Source: Octopus sinensis (Eukaryota). From it: a DNA stretch of 64,000 nt. The translations under genes and the position numbers were made by a program. The notes under the pieces are model-generated. The model was not told where the DNA came from. It made no database searches and was given only the letters and a program-made list of their open reading frames with translations. Positions 26,821 to 44,562 of the stretch are shown one piece after another (position 1 is the first letter of the stretch; each line of letters starts with the position of its first letter). The stretch is from NCBI RefSeq assembly GCF_006345805.1, contig NC_043000.1:54498001-54562000 (forward strand), given 5' to 3'.

Positions 26821-28649
26821 ACAAATAATCTGTTTAATATGTCATTCTGTTTTCTTTCAGTACCGTGGTTTCTCATTTGTAGATTTGTCACCTATATGTA
26901 ACAAGTCCAGCTTGTAAAATATTTACTGGCATGAAATTATTTGGATATAATTTAAGATCATTATCATTCTTTCAGATTTATATCAATGTTTCAGATGCAT
27001 ATAATTCTGCCATTTTTGCGTCGAGCAAAATTTAATCCGGTTACGACAAAAGATATTTACGCATTGTAATGTGTAAGCCACCCCGAGATACATTTGTATG
27101 ACTGGGATTGACCTGAGGTTAAACAATGTTATAAACGAACTTAGAATGCGTCTACAAATATATTTTCCTTTCTGCTTCCAAATTAACTTGGAATAAATTT
27201 GCATACAAATAAAAGAATGATTTCAAAGAGAAATTCTTGTGCCCAAATATGAATTTTCTTTATCATATAGGTATAAAAAGAACTGTTACATCTCTTTTAT
27301 TCACTCTATATAGTTTTGCGAGATAATCCAATTCATATAGCAGTGTAAGGGATGCTTTTATATAAATAGAATAGCTGCCGAAATAAAAATTTGATATAAA
27401 TAGACTAGCAGCTAAAATTAAAATTTGATAGAAATTTCCGTAGAAATAACACGTTTATTAAAACAAAAAGAAAAACACACTGAAAGGCTTATACGAGAGA
27501 ACGAAAGAATACACATATTCGTACATGCATACGTGATTATGTTTACAGCAAGATTATGTGCTCACGCATCTCCCCTAAACCCGACTCACAATCAAAATCA
27601 AAGCATCTAGCCATTCCCCAAATCTCTATCAAAACACCCCGCATCAAAGCAGTCTCTGGCATGTATTTTCTCTTATCTAAGGCAGCAAGATATAACAAAA
27701 ACATAAGCAAAATCAGCAACCCCGGCACGAATCTTTCCACTGACTCGGGAAAGCGAAGAAATTCAATACGAGCACGAGCAAATAAACAACCAACAATATT
27801 GACAGTGTAATTTCAATCGCAAAATTCTCATTAACCAGGTAAATTCGTTTTTATCCATGGCAAAGAAGAGGGAGAAAAGCACCTTAGGTATCAAACAGTA
27901 CCAACCTCTGTTTTAACCCTTGAGCAGAAACTACCCTCCTTGCTGTCAATAAGCCATTATTCTCTTTGGTGCACTACTCCAGTCTCAGCACTTTTGTTGA
28001 ACGCACAAGGCATCAGGCCATCCTTTAATTGAAAAGGATGGACTATTCAGTTCATTCAAGATTGGGTTGTCGACAACCCACACCTCATTCCTTTCATCGA
28101 CCTTCCTAAGACTCACATTAACTCTTACTAGGAAACTTAAATAAAGGCGAGGAATTAAACACCGTTCGCGCAGACCGCACTGCCAGAAGAAAGCGAGCAG
28201 TCGCTATTTTCCTATACGATACATTTATTTGTCTCATTCTCCAATGGCTGTTTTGAATGAGCGTTTGTGTATAACAAATCAAATGATTTTGCAATAATTG
28301 GGATCTACAGGCCACCACTGTGTTTCAAGGAATGCCTCACGAATATTAACTCTTTGTCATATAACTTTAGATGTATACATTTGCCACCATAAGTAATATT
28401 AGGAAATACGCTATATATTATTAAAATTATTTTTATCAAATTTCTTAATGCTTCTAAATATAAAAATGAAGAAATTGATGAATACTAATTTTTGAAGGAA
28501 AAGTATTTATGACCTTAAAATAAAATTTAATAAAATAATAGTCTAGACATAAAAGATGAAATTACGTGGTTGTATGTTATGGAATGAACATACATATACA
28601 TGCAAACTCACTCGCTCTCTCTCTCTTTCTGTCTTTGTATCTCTCTTTT

Positions 28650-28684
<35 letters not shown>

Positions 28685-29992
28685 GAATCTAGAATGGGAA
28701 ACGTAAATGGAGAAATTAAACAAAGAAGCAACCAATCAACTAACGTAATAACATATATTATTATATAGCGATTAAAATGTCCAACGTAATTATGGCATAT
28801 TTATACGTACATAAATGCACACGCACACACATACACACACTCATACACACAAGCACACACACTACATACATACATACATACATACATACATACATACATA
28901 CACACATACTTACATACATACATACATACGTACATACGTACATACATGCATGCATATATTCATAAACTAGTATTTTTTTTACGCTACTGAAAACGAATTG
29001 TTACGTGCAATATTTCGAACTACAAAATTTTGTTTGATATTATTCACACTGCTTTATTTGAGGTCTCTGTAGTTATACAAGTGGAAATATAAAAGATCTT
29101 CAAACTCACTGATGTGTGTATGCGTGTTTAGGAGAGAGAGAGAGAGAGAAAATAAAGAGAGAGTGGGGAAGTGAGAGAATGGGAGAGAAAGAAAGGAAAG
29201 AGATGGGGCAGAAGAAGATAAAGAGTATAAGAGAACATTCCCCGAGAAATAAATTTTGATATAAACAGCGTGACGAATTCTGAATTATTTATTTTTGGAG
29301 CAAATCTAAGGCAAAATAGCGGAAGAAGGGAGAAAAAACTTGAAGTAATCTATTTCCGATTTGGAAATAATATGATGACTTGTATTTGCGTTTATCATTA
29401 AGGAACAAATACAAGTTTGCTCGGCGTTATTTATGTTGTTCAATGGACCTAAAGCATATCTCAATTTATATTTAAAAATAAGATAGGCAATGTCGCAAAT
29501 AATCAGAATGTTATCTTTGTCTCACAAAAGGAAACAAAGCTAGTGTCAAACTCTTTGAATGCATCATAACCGAATTCGATTTGTTATATTTGTATAACCA
29601 TTGTAAATGTTAGGGTACAGACACGTCAAGCGATGAATGCATTTGATTGCAAATAGAATATACTTATATGCATTACAATTGCTACAATACATTATCTAAA
29701 GATTGAGTGGTAGGTGGAAACTTCAAATGGCAAAAGTTCTCAAGCGTTGTAACAAAACATCACGAATTGCGAAGCTGAACCTGTCTACAAATATTACTGT
29801 TCATTTGAGCAGAATAATTTCCCACCGTAGATAAGCATAACAGGTAGGTGTTATTAAATAAACGTACTTATGCATATAACAAGTTACTTGTCCTCTCAGT
29901 CTTCGTAGCTATCTAGCTATTCATCTATCTGCATACACATTATTTTAATACAGGAGTCCACTTTCCCCATATATATATATATATATATATAT

Positions 29993-30230
29993 ATCGAAAC
30001 ACGCAATGAGTCGAAACGGGGGCAGCTGAAGAAGGGGAATGTTCCTTGTGTTGTTTGCCTTGTACTCTGCTTTTTCGTTGTTTAAAAAAAAGTCCGTTTC
30101 CTTGTTTTGTTTTTGTTTTCGTTTCTCGTTGTGTTCTACGTTTATTTGTGGTATCCTGTACCCATATAGGCATATATATATATACATATAGGTGTAGGTA
30201 TGTACATTTATGTATGTATGTATGTATATA
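29993..30230 (+). mobile_element. Family B repeat, second copy, within (TA)n
   Basis: Colinear with 3110-3345. Confidence 0.6.
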
Positions 30231-31139
30231 TATATACACATATGCATATATTATGTATATATATATATATATGTGTATACATGTATTATATATATATATA
30301 TATATATGCATTTATGCATATTTATATAATGTAGATATATATGTGTAAATATATATAAGTACATATACATATGTGTGTCTCTCTCTATATGTATATATAT
30401 AAAGAGAGAGAGAGAGAGAGAGAAAGAGATGAATAAATGAGTTAAACGCAGGTGTTATTTAAAATCTTTATACTTCCCACATACATTCCGAAGAAAACAT
30501 CGGTATTACTCTAGAGGGAATGAAATGATGTAATACAATGCGATCTGCTCATCAGGGGAAAAAGAGAAACAAAACATATCACTAAGCCATTTTACCCGAA
30601 TGCGGTAACTGCGTATATGATGAAGGGAACGTTTGCAAGTTATTTTCTTTTTAAAAAACTGTTAATGGATTTAAAGTCAAATGCAATTTAAAGAAAGGGA
30701 AGTAGGAGAATAAAACAAGAAATTAGCAGAAAAGCAAGAGTGGAGAAATGTAGTACGATAGATGAATGGGAATAAAGCTTAAAGGCGTGGAAATAGACAT
30801 ATTTAGTTAGAAGACATTTAAATGTTGAATTGTATAGATTGGTAGAAATTATTTATAGGAAATAAAGTTACGTTTTTGCCAATATTTGCAACGTTAAACG
30901 CGTTCCTTAAACGTGCTTACAAGAGAATTCTCTGAGAACAGGATGAGACAGAGTTCTTCGTTAGAGAGCGGACAAGAAGAATTACCTTTATCATATGGAA
31001 AGGACCTAGATAGAATATTCCATTCCAATCAAATTGTATATTACGTTCCTTCAGAGACCAAATTAATTTACGCAGTTCAGTATTGTTGGGTTTATTGATA
31101 TGTCTAAATTAGCCTCCCCATTTTTGCTTATATAAAAGA

Positions 31140-31345
31140 TAAGGCAGAATCGTTAGCACCCTGGACGAAATGCGTAGCAGTATTTCGCCCGTCCCTACGT
31201 TCTGAGTTCAAATTCAGCGGAGGCCGAATTTGCCTATCATCCTTTCGGATTCTTTAAAATAAGTACAGTGAAACACTGGGGTTGTTGTAATCGTCCCCTC
31301 AGCTAAAATTTCAAGCCTGGTGCCTATAGTAGAAAGGATTATTAT
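31140..31345 (+). mobile_element. tRNA-derived SINE with a Nin/Deu-like core
   Basis: GGCAGAATCGTTAGCA (A box), GAGTTCAAATTC (B box), GCCTATCATCCTTTCGG core and an (ATT)n tail. Confidence 0.8.
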
Positions 31346-31376
31346 TGTTGTTGCTGTTATCATTATTATTATTGTT

Positions 31377-31934
31377 GTGTGAGAGAGCAGTTCATGCCAT
31401 CAAAGTGACACTGGGGTAAAATATACGAAGCCCAATATACCCATCATGAGTACCCGACTGATAAAGGTACACCAGGCACATGCATCACAACCATATGTGC
31501 GCGACATGGTGATCTCATATCAAGATAAACAGCACATGATCTTGCAGGTGGGGCCCAGTTAGAATTTTCTTCAGGTTGAGTAGCCCATCCCGCTCAAACG
31601 GTCTCTGAATAAGGGTTGTTTAAGGATGTTGAAAGAACCACCCATGTTTCCAGAGGTGAACTATTCAAACCCCGAAGAATCCCTCTCAACACATGGCTAT
31701 GATGCTCCCCCACTACTTCTGTTCGTGATCAGAGATGCACATATCGTCAGCCACTAAGGGACATGCACAACTGGTTAAGGTCAAACAACTGACAAGCAAA
31801 TCTGTGGTATTGAGCAGAATATTTGCTGTAGCCCATCTTTTATACCAAGACAAAACAATGTACATGATAACACTTCCAATCAGTTAAGATCAGAAGCCAT
31901 GAGAGCCACTGCCTGGTACTGCATCAGGGCATTT
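31377..31934 (-). mobile_element. Family H retroposon, copy 2
   Basis: Near-identical to 23729-24284 and flanked by (TTA/TTG)n. Confidence 0.9.
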
Positions 31935-31942
31935 ATTGTTAC

Positions 31943-32025
<83 letters not shown>

Positions 32026-32191
32026 ATATTATTGTTATTATTATGATTGTGACAAACACGCAAATTAAAAGTAAATAATAACAATGATGATGATGATAAT
32101 AATAATAACAATAATAATAATAATACTACTAATAATAATAATAGTAATAATAATTATAATAATAATAATAATAATAATGATAATAATAATA

Positions 32192-32258
<67 letters not shown>

Positions 32259-33578
32259 GAAGAATAAGAAGAATGATGAAGATAGTTTTATATATATATA
32301 TATATAGAGAGAGAGAGGGAGAGAGGGGGAAGGGAGGGAGAAAGAGAAGTAAAGAAAAAGTGAAAGAAAAAGTGAAAGTGTTTTTTTGATTTGTGTATAT
32401 GTTGGATGATGTAACTTTAATAAACTTTGGATAAAATATATTTTGATAACTATCTTGCTTAAAACATTCGTTCCATTGCATTACATGTTTAGCGCATTGA
32501 CATATAGATTCGCATGCCAGTGCTACTTTTGATTCTGATAAGTTAATTACCAAATAAGAAATCCCTATTCTCTGTCCGGAGTAATAGCCTGAGCTAAACA
32601 GCATACGTGACACATCATTATTACTCATTGTTGGTTTAGAGTGTTTCATATTTGCTAACAATATATGACTATTCATAACATGCTCTTAGAATCGATGAAA
32701 CAATCAGCGTGGGCTCGTGATTCCTTGCATCGACCGAAACCTTCCGAGTGAAAACGGATTGATGGAAACTTTGAGAAAGACGTTTGTGTAGACTCCACAA
32801 AATATCGGGCGATAGACGTAACCAATTACGTTTTACCATCACCATCTCTTTCTTGGGTGGATTTTCGTAGAGCTTAACGTACTCTATTTTCTCAAATTTC
32901 TTTCTAAAATGTTATGTCCTTTAATATGACAGGTCACACTAAATCATACAAATAAGATTACAAGCAATTGAAATATTCAGTATATTTAATGCATTTTCAT
33001 ATTTGATTAGTAAGCCTTAAAGTCTTGGCTGCTTTTTTTTGTATATTTAGTGAGATCGCTGGAGTAGGCAAGCACAAAATATATGCGTTGACCCTCGAAA
33101 ATACGTTAATTGTTGTAAGGTTAAATTCTCTATCGACTGTTTCTTTGCTTGGATGTTTGACTTCGTATACTTTTCCACATTTGATTTTATCAGATCTGGT
33201 GTGAGCTTTAAATAAATCTCAATATGCAGGAATACAGCATCGTAGTATGTATATGCTAGCATATTTCCCATAAGCCACACGTTACACAACTATTTCTTAG
33301 TGGTTGCTGAGAATGATAGAAATAGCAACCGAAATTTCTGAGATCACAGGAACTTTTTAGAAAACTACATTGGAGAATATGGTCTACATGATTTTCGTGG
33401 ATTAAATAGCTTTGCATAACATTTATTTTAAACATAGTTTGCTCGGCAGTAATGACGATAACTAGAATGTGAAAACAAACAAAAAATCTTTAGTATTAAC
33501 ATGAAATATATGTGTGTGTATATGTTTGTATATATATATGTATGTATATATATATATATTTATACACACACACACACA

Positions 33579-37270
<3,692 letters not shown>

Positions 37271-37283
37271 TATATAATATATA

Positions 37284-37382
<99 letters not shown>

Positions 37383-37429
37383 ATAAATGGTGGGGTTGTG
37401 TTGACCGCACGTGGAGAAATGATAAGCAA

Positions 37430-37690
37430 GGAAAAATTGTAAAAAGGCAGAATGCTAAATTGAAGGAAAATTTTATTAAAAATGGGTGTATGGAAAAAGT
37501 TTTTGAAAAATTGATAAAATATATATATATATATATTAATTCAACCGGTTTTCGTCATAATGTGACTTTTCAAGAATTGTAAAGAAAAAAAAAATTTAAT
37601 GTGAGGAGGGGGAAAGAAGCAAATTACATTGTTTTTTTCTTTACAAATTTTTTTGTTTACAATTCTTCAAAAGTCACATTATGACCGAAT
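37430..37690 (-). mobile_element. PLE-pLTR-like family I with a partial fold-back
   Basis: Reverse-homologous to 42540-42770 (AAGGCAGAATGCTAAATTGAA..AAAATGGGTGTATGGAAAA). Segment 37554-37582 is inverted at 37657-37685. Confidence 0.7.
37538..37578 (-). ncRNA. Type I hammerhead motif with a compensatory U3-A8 core
   Basis: AAUUC-UUGAAAA-GUCA-CAUUA-UGAC-GAAAACCGGUU-GAAUU. Helices I and II are perfect and helix III is the palindrome AACCGGUU. Confidence 0.7.
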
Positions 37691-37923
37691 TTGACCAAAT
37701 GCGATTTTTCAATATGTATTTTTGTTTACAATAGCAGGTTCTTTCGCTAAAAATGCCGTATCTCCAGCTGCTTCAGATGACAAGATATAAAAAAATTGTC
37801 AAAGTGTAGTACAAGGGAATAGTGAAACGGAATAGCACAATGGAATGGTGAAACTATTTCGTTTTCTGAAAAAAGCAACTTTTTGGACTTACGACATTTC
37901 TCCATAAAAGCACAATATATATA

Positions 37924-37962
<39 letters not shown>

Positions 37963-38482
37963 CATACATGCATACATGCATGCATACACACATACATACA
38001 TACATACATACATACATACATACATACATACATACATACATACATACATGCAAATATATAGGAGTGTTTATTCGTATAAGCACGTTACATACATATGAGT
38101 GTGAAGTTTGGAGAAAATACAACCATATTATCGAATACTTTTCAGCAGCTTGTATATATGAGATTCATACCAAGCACAATTATGCGTTTATTTGACCATA
38201 CACGATATATTAATTAGTATAAATAATAGTCACTGATCTGAATTTAAGTTCGGCATAGATTTTAGGAAAGTTGCCAAATAAATGAAGGTAAGACGCTATA
38301 ACTATAGTAACTACTTTTTGAAGAATGTAATTAAATGTTTTAGAAAATAAATGATTTCTACACTCTAATACACGCATAGAAATACTTATGCGGCATGTCT
38401 ATAAATAAAGATGTGTATGCGTATAAGCATACATATATTATACATATACATATATATATATATATATTATATATATATATAT

Positions 38483-38547
<65 letters not shown>

Positions 38548-38818
38548 CACCATATCTGTAAGTATGTTTATGTGTGTATTGTGTGCGTATAAATGAATAA
38601 ATATAAATAAACGTCGGAATAAATATATTGAATGGCTTTTTGAGAACCGAGAAAAGAGTGTTGATTATTGTGATTATACCGAACTGTCTGGTACATTGTT
38701 CATCACCAAACTATTTTCACGCCTTGTCTACTTCGATTCTTATATTCCTTAAAGACAGCTGTCAGATTCCGTTAGCGGATGTGTTATTTTATCTTCAACT
38801 CATCTTCTTAGAAACACA

Positions 38819-38892
<74 letters not shown>

Positions 38893-40399
38893 CACTCACA
38901 AAGATACACACACACGCACTCACAAGGACACACACACACATAGACACGCATTCAAACACGCATACACGCATTCAAAACACATACACGCATTGAAACACAC
39001 ACCTACGCGCACATAAACACACAGAGACATAGATATATTTATAGATACAAAATTTATCGAAGTCCCGCGCACCCCTGTTGACAATGACCCAACAACGTTT
39101 TCGTTTTTTGTTCGACATTTTCTTTTTCTTTCGGAAATGATTGTGAATTTTCTTTCTTTTCTAAAATCGCTCGAAAACTAAATTACAAGTATTATATACC
39201 ATTAAAAGACACGAACTGACATATATATAATACATTCAGATAGCGTGTCCCTTTTTCAATATTTCTCTTTAATTCCCTTTACAATTTTTTCTTTTTTTTC
39301 CTGAAATATTTAGTTCAAAGCAATGCTGGTGTGTCAGTCATTCCGTCTTCCTTCATTGTTATATGTCTCGCATTCTTTCTTTATTTCTTTCTGTGATTCG
39401 TTTTCTGTCACAGTTCTATTCTTTATTTCTCTACTCGTTTTATTCTTCGATGTTTTTATTTCATCTTTCTCTTCCGTTTTTCTTTTTCTTTTTCATTTCA
39501 TTCTTTTCTATACTTTTTATTACTTCCCTTCTTTCATTTTAGACTCCTCTCCATTTTCTTTCCGAATTCCTCTTTACATTCTTTTTCTTCCTTCTATGTT
39601 TACTTCTTTTTTTATTTATTTTTCTGTATTCCTTTATTCCTTTCTTTCTTCACTACTTTATCATTGTCATTTAATTTTTTACCTCCCCTTTTCACTTCCT
39701 GTCTGTCTTTGATCACCTTCCTATCTCAAAGAGTTGTTCAACTATATTTATTTTACGTGCTCTAAATACTTACAGTTAGATAAAGGCAGAACATCATATT
39801 AAACGAATGTGAAATGATGTTGCTGGATAGTGTCCAGTATATTTTAGATTGATAAAGATGTCTATATAAGCACACACAATCACAAACAAAAATATGCACA
39901 CACACACACGCAGACAAACACACGCACATACACACTCATGCAACACACACATACATAGGACGCGAGACAGAGGAAATTTCCATGTGGCCATTCAAACTGC
40001 TAAAAATAGCAATCGCAAAATAAAAATAGTAAAATATTACAACCTCCTGTCAGGAAAAGAGCGGGACAGATTGGTTAAGGTACTCATATATATGTACAGT
40101 GTACAATGACATAAACTAGATCGGAGTTCGCTTTCATCGAGAGCTAAGCAACAATACATAGTCACATACGCACACATAAATTCGCATACAGACACAAATA
40201 CGTGAAAAAAGTCTTAATTACTTCGTTCATTAAACAAGTAGAAATATTTGGACGAGAAAGCAGCACCTGATAGACTAACCCCTTTTACTTTTTGTTTACC
40301 TGTCAACAGATGTTTTATAATATCATGCGCTTCAAACGTTTACATTCGTTAACATGTTATAGAACTTCCCTGGAAGTTCGAGGAGTATTTTTACGAATT

Positions 40400-42240
40400 A
40401 TAACACATATTTTCATAATGTGATCCACATTCATTATCGGGATTCAGAAACTCTTTCCAGCTACTCATTCAACATTAGAGTATTCTCAGTAAAAGTTAAT
40501 ATTACTTTCTCGGTTGATGTCGATATCACGTTTGTATATCATTAGTAAGGCGTCCTTTTAGTCTCTTCTGTTATACATTTCTGTAACATTTTCTTACTGA
40601 TCTCATAGTTGGAGATTTGTTTCGGTTTTCATCCGAAAATCATGACCAGTTCAAATAAGTCGGTATTTGATGACAGTGACTTCAATGTTTGTTGTTATCC
40701 TTTCAACTCGCTAACGTCGTTTTCCTTTGTCTTTCCAGCTGACATTTAGGATGATTAGAAGGAAATATTGATAGAAGCTTTTTTATGCCTTCAGAATATC
40801 GCAATACTATATCAATGTTTAAAATGCGTACAGGAGCCGTGTAACCAAACATTTAAAACAGTTGGCTAAGCACGCGGCATCCTTGTAAATGCAATGCAGG
40901 TTGCAGATGGCCTTGTCATTCAAACTGAACTACAGCCGCATTAAGCAGCATGAATTTTCATCCATTGAAACGCGTTATAAATTTACGATATTTTGCATGT
41001 AGTTCACTCACCGTAAATATCATCCCGTATAATTCTATAGCACCATTTTTACTACCTTTCAAACATACAGTAAACGTATGTTTAAGGAGAGGTAACATCC
41101 AAGGCAGTAAAATTGTTTCACTTTGGTCGGGGTCGATGTACAAACTCGAATTAATGAAATTAACTATATTTTCTTAGAGTCGGTTTGATGATAATCTTGG
41201 TTTTTTTTTAATGATAGTAAACTTTTCGTCTGTGCCCAGTAGCATGTAGTTAGGTAGGAAATAATTAGCAATATTGTTGTCATCTATATACTTAAAGTCT
41301 GTACTGGAAATCATAGACCATTTGTTTTCGACTTAAAAAGCAGCTTGACTCTATAGTCGGTCATGTGTTTAGTTGACAATTTCTGTTTCTGGAGGTAAGT
41401 TGACATTGTTGATGTAAGTTGGCATTGATAACCTTCGGAATAAAATAGTGAACAGTGCTAAAGCACCACGTGTTTTACTACTGATTTTACATGAAACAAC
41501 TCGCTCATAGCTTTGTAGTGGATGTGAATTTGTAAATGAATTTTTAAAACATCCATAGATGCATAGGTCATACTATAAGTTTACGATATTCTGCATATAG
41601 CTCACGCACCGTAAATATCATCCCGTATAATTCTATAGCACCCTTTTTACCCCTTTTCAAGCCCAACCCGTGAAGAATGGAACTTGAATAGTTTTGTTGA
41701 GATCTCGATACAAATGTCCCATACTCGTTATTTTCGAAAATTGTACGACTGAATCATGTATGTAACGCCACCATACTGATTCATGTTTAGTTGCTTCCAG
41801 CTTACTCGACTGATGTCGAAGACGCATCTATAAGCTGTAACGATTCAAGGAACAGAAACTCTTGTAAGCGCATGGTTTCGTGTGTTGCCTGACGTTCTTC
41901 ATCATTGATTAACCAGCTTACTCCAATGGTATTCGCGTTCATAGATGTTGAGTTCTAACTGAATTCTTCCACGCCATCTACGGTTGAAGTCTTGTATGTA
42001 GGATAGTTCTTAGTCTCGCTTTCATCTATAACCTTACTAATTGTACTCTGGATATCAGGAGGTGCTACTTCCAAAGAAAGGCATTTTAGAATCATGAGGG
42101 GCTGCGTGTGAGTGTGTTTGTGCAAAGGAGAAATGCAGCACTGTGATTTCATGTAGGAGAGGTTGGATTTAGTTTAAAGTTGATTTCCAGTGGATCCTAT
42201 TAACTGGAGGCATTTTTTTGGAAAACGACACCAATAACCG
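40400..42240 (-). mobile_element. RTE-BovB-like LINE relic, highly decayed
   Basis: Minus-strand fragments IKKTKIIIKP, QFYCLGCYLS, IILNVSWKDK and NIEVTVIKYRLI*TGHDFRM. Confidence 0.65.
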
Positions 42241-42539
42241 TGATGTGTTCTCATCTATCACTATAGGTTTAGATTTAAATTAGGGTATGTATATATTATG
42301 AATGTGTGTGCATGTGTGTTTGTATGTAGTATACTTACATGCATATATATGTGTGCGTATATACATATATACATAAATACATATGCATATATATATATAT
42401 ATATTTATATATATGACTTTAAACTAAGCACTACATTTAAGCACATGGATCCTAATCGTCCAAAGAAGTTTTTCCAAGGACTATTATTGAACTCTAAAAG
42501 CATAAACATTCTACAATGTATTGGTATACTTATTTATTA

Positions 42540-42770
42540 ATTTTTTCATATATGCATTATTATCTTTTTGAAAAAAACAATTGTAAATTCCTTTTTTCCC
42601 CTTCCTCAATTTAAAAACAAACATTCTTTTCCTCTTCCCAATCTTGAAAATTTGCCTTGCACTGAACACCGGTTTGATTTATTATTTTTTCTTTTTTAAT
42701 TTTCCATACACCCATTTTTATTAAATTCTACTTTCAATTTAGCATTCTGCCTTATTATAATTGTTTCTGT
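42540..42770 (+). mobile_element. Family I second copy with a decayed U3-A8 hammerhead (42640-42679)
   Basis: AAUC-UUGAAAA-UUUGC-CUU-GCACU-GAACACCGGUU-UGAUU; the flank is homologous to 37430-37500 and the copy ends at (CA)(TA)n. Confidence 0.6.
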
Positions 42771-42775
42771 CCTAT

Positions 42776-42859
<84 letters not shown>

Positions 42860-43252
42860 GCATACATATACATATATAAGAAAAGAAAGAAACGTAAAAG
42901 ACACAGAAAGTTTATATAATACAATTTATGGTAATATTAGGAACATATTACACGATCAACGATTGTCAACTTATATAGAGAGAACATTTTTGCTGTCAAT
43001 AGGACGCCATCTTTGAAAAAAAGTAAACTGAGATGAAGCAGTATGTCAAGGGAGCAACTCGTATTTTTACATGAAGCACTTCAGCGTTTTTGGCAAGCAT
43101 ACAGTTACAGGATTTATTTCATTTTATACAGTTAATTATATTACCGTACTAGGTTTTCAGGATTAAGCAGTCATGTGTGAATGAGTCTATATGCATATAT
43201 TTTATGCTCTTACATCTCATTTGCTCTCTTGTAATATCTATCTATCTATCTA

Positions 43253-43287
<35 letters not shown>

Positions 43288-43346
43288 TTTTCTTTCTATC
43301 TATCTATCTATCTATCTATCTATATATCTATCTATCTATCTATCTA

Positions 43347-43394
<48 letters not shown>

Positions 43395-43629
43395 TAAGTA
43401 CGAATAGTAATTTATACCTAAAAATTGTTGTTAGCATACATATATAACTTTTTTGCCTATGTTCAAATTCCAGTAATGAATAAAATAAATCAGTCCAATA
43501 TAAAATGAAAATGAACGATAAAGCAATTGGCAATGTATGAATACTTTCTCCATAAGAGTCATGTCGGAACTCTCATGATTCAGGTTTGAGTATGAATGTA
43601 TGAGCAGGAGTCAAGTAATTAAGTGACAA

Positions 43630-44562
43630 TTAAAATGAATTGGTGTTTATTTCCGGTTTAATTGATTCAATGACGAAGGTTTTGTTTATTTATTCTGGTA
43701 TTTCCTCTAGATTTAGTTCTAGCCAGAATAGAATCGCTTCCATTCCATAATCATGTGGAATGTTGCAGTATATAACATCGAAAGGAAACCATGAGGGATT
43801 CTTCCCCGACCTGTTCTGGGAGATGGTTCAGCATGTCTAAATCATATCTGATGTAGCTTCTAATATGATTTAGATATGGCTTCATGAGAATGTCCACGAA
43901 GTAAATTAATCTGTGTCTTACAGGATGAGCCAGCTATGATAGGTTGTAATTTTAGGTCTTCTGGTGTTGGTATATGTATGTGGTAAGTTGTTGATGGCTT
44001 CATTGATGGTTAGGGTTTTGTGTATTTTGAGGAGGCCATAGAAAAGACTGGGTTTGTTTTTGAAATTTCTTAGGGAATCTACTTCCTTTTTTGTGAGGTC
44101 TTTCCCGTGGGTATGTATTAGCGAAGAGAGGATTTTCATTATTTGATGGGGATCGTACTTGTTGATTTCTTCATAATACTCATTGTTTTTTAGTAATGAC
44201 ATGACTAGATTTCTGTATTATGATGTGTCCATAATTACCACTGCGCTGCCTTTGTCCGCTTCTTTGATTGTAATTTCTTTATTGTTTGTAGTTCATTAAT
44301 TTCCTTCCATTGGATTTTGTTGAGGTTTGGGATGTTTTTATTTTTGTTTGTGCAGGGTGTGAAAGGGAAGGTTTACGTTGTGTTTGTAAAATTCATCAAG
44401 GCTTTTGTTTTTTCTTTGTGGGGAGTGTATTGGCTTTTCTTCTTAAACAGTCATTCATCGTGATCATCAGAGTCGGCATCTGCAAGTCTTAATTTCCTGC
44501 AGAACTCTGAGACGCTGTCTTTAATTTCACTTTGATTGGCTCTGCGGGGTGTCGGTGTGAAT
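43630..44562 (-). pseudogene. Penelope-like reverse transcriptase, N-terminal half
   Basis: FTPTP..EFCRKLRL, ITIKEADKGSAVVIMD (DKG motif), FYGLLKIHK, LQPIIAG, DLDMLNHLP. Confidence 0.9.

Noticed and set aside
39323-39712. 129-aa hydrophobic ORF resembling a membrane protein
   Set aside because: It is a low-complexity T/C-rich tract giving Phe/Ser/Leu bias.
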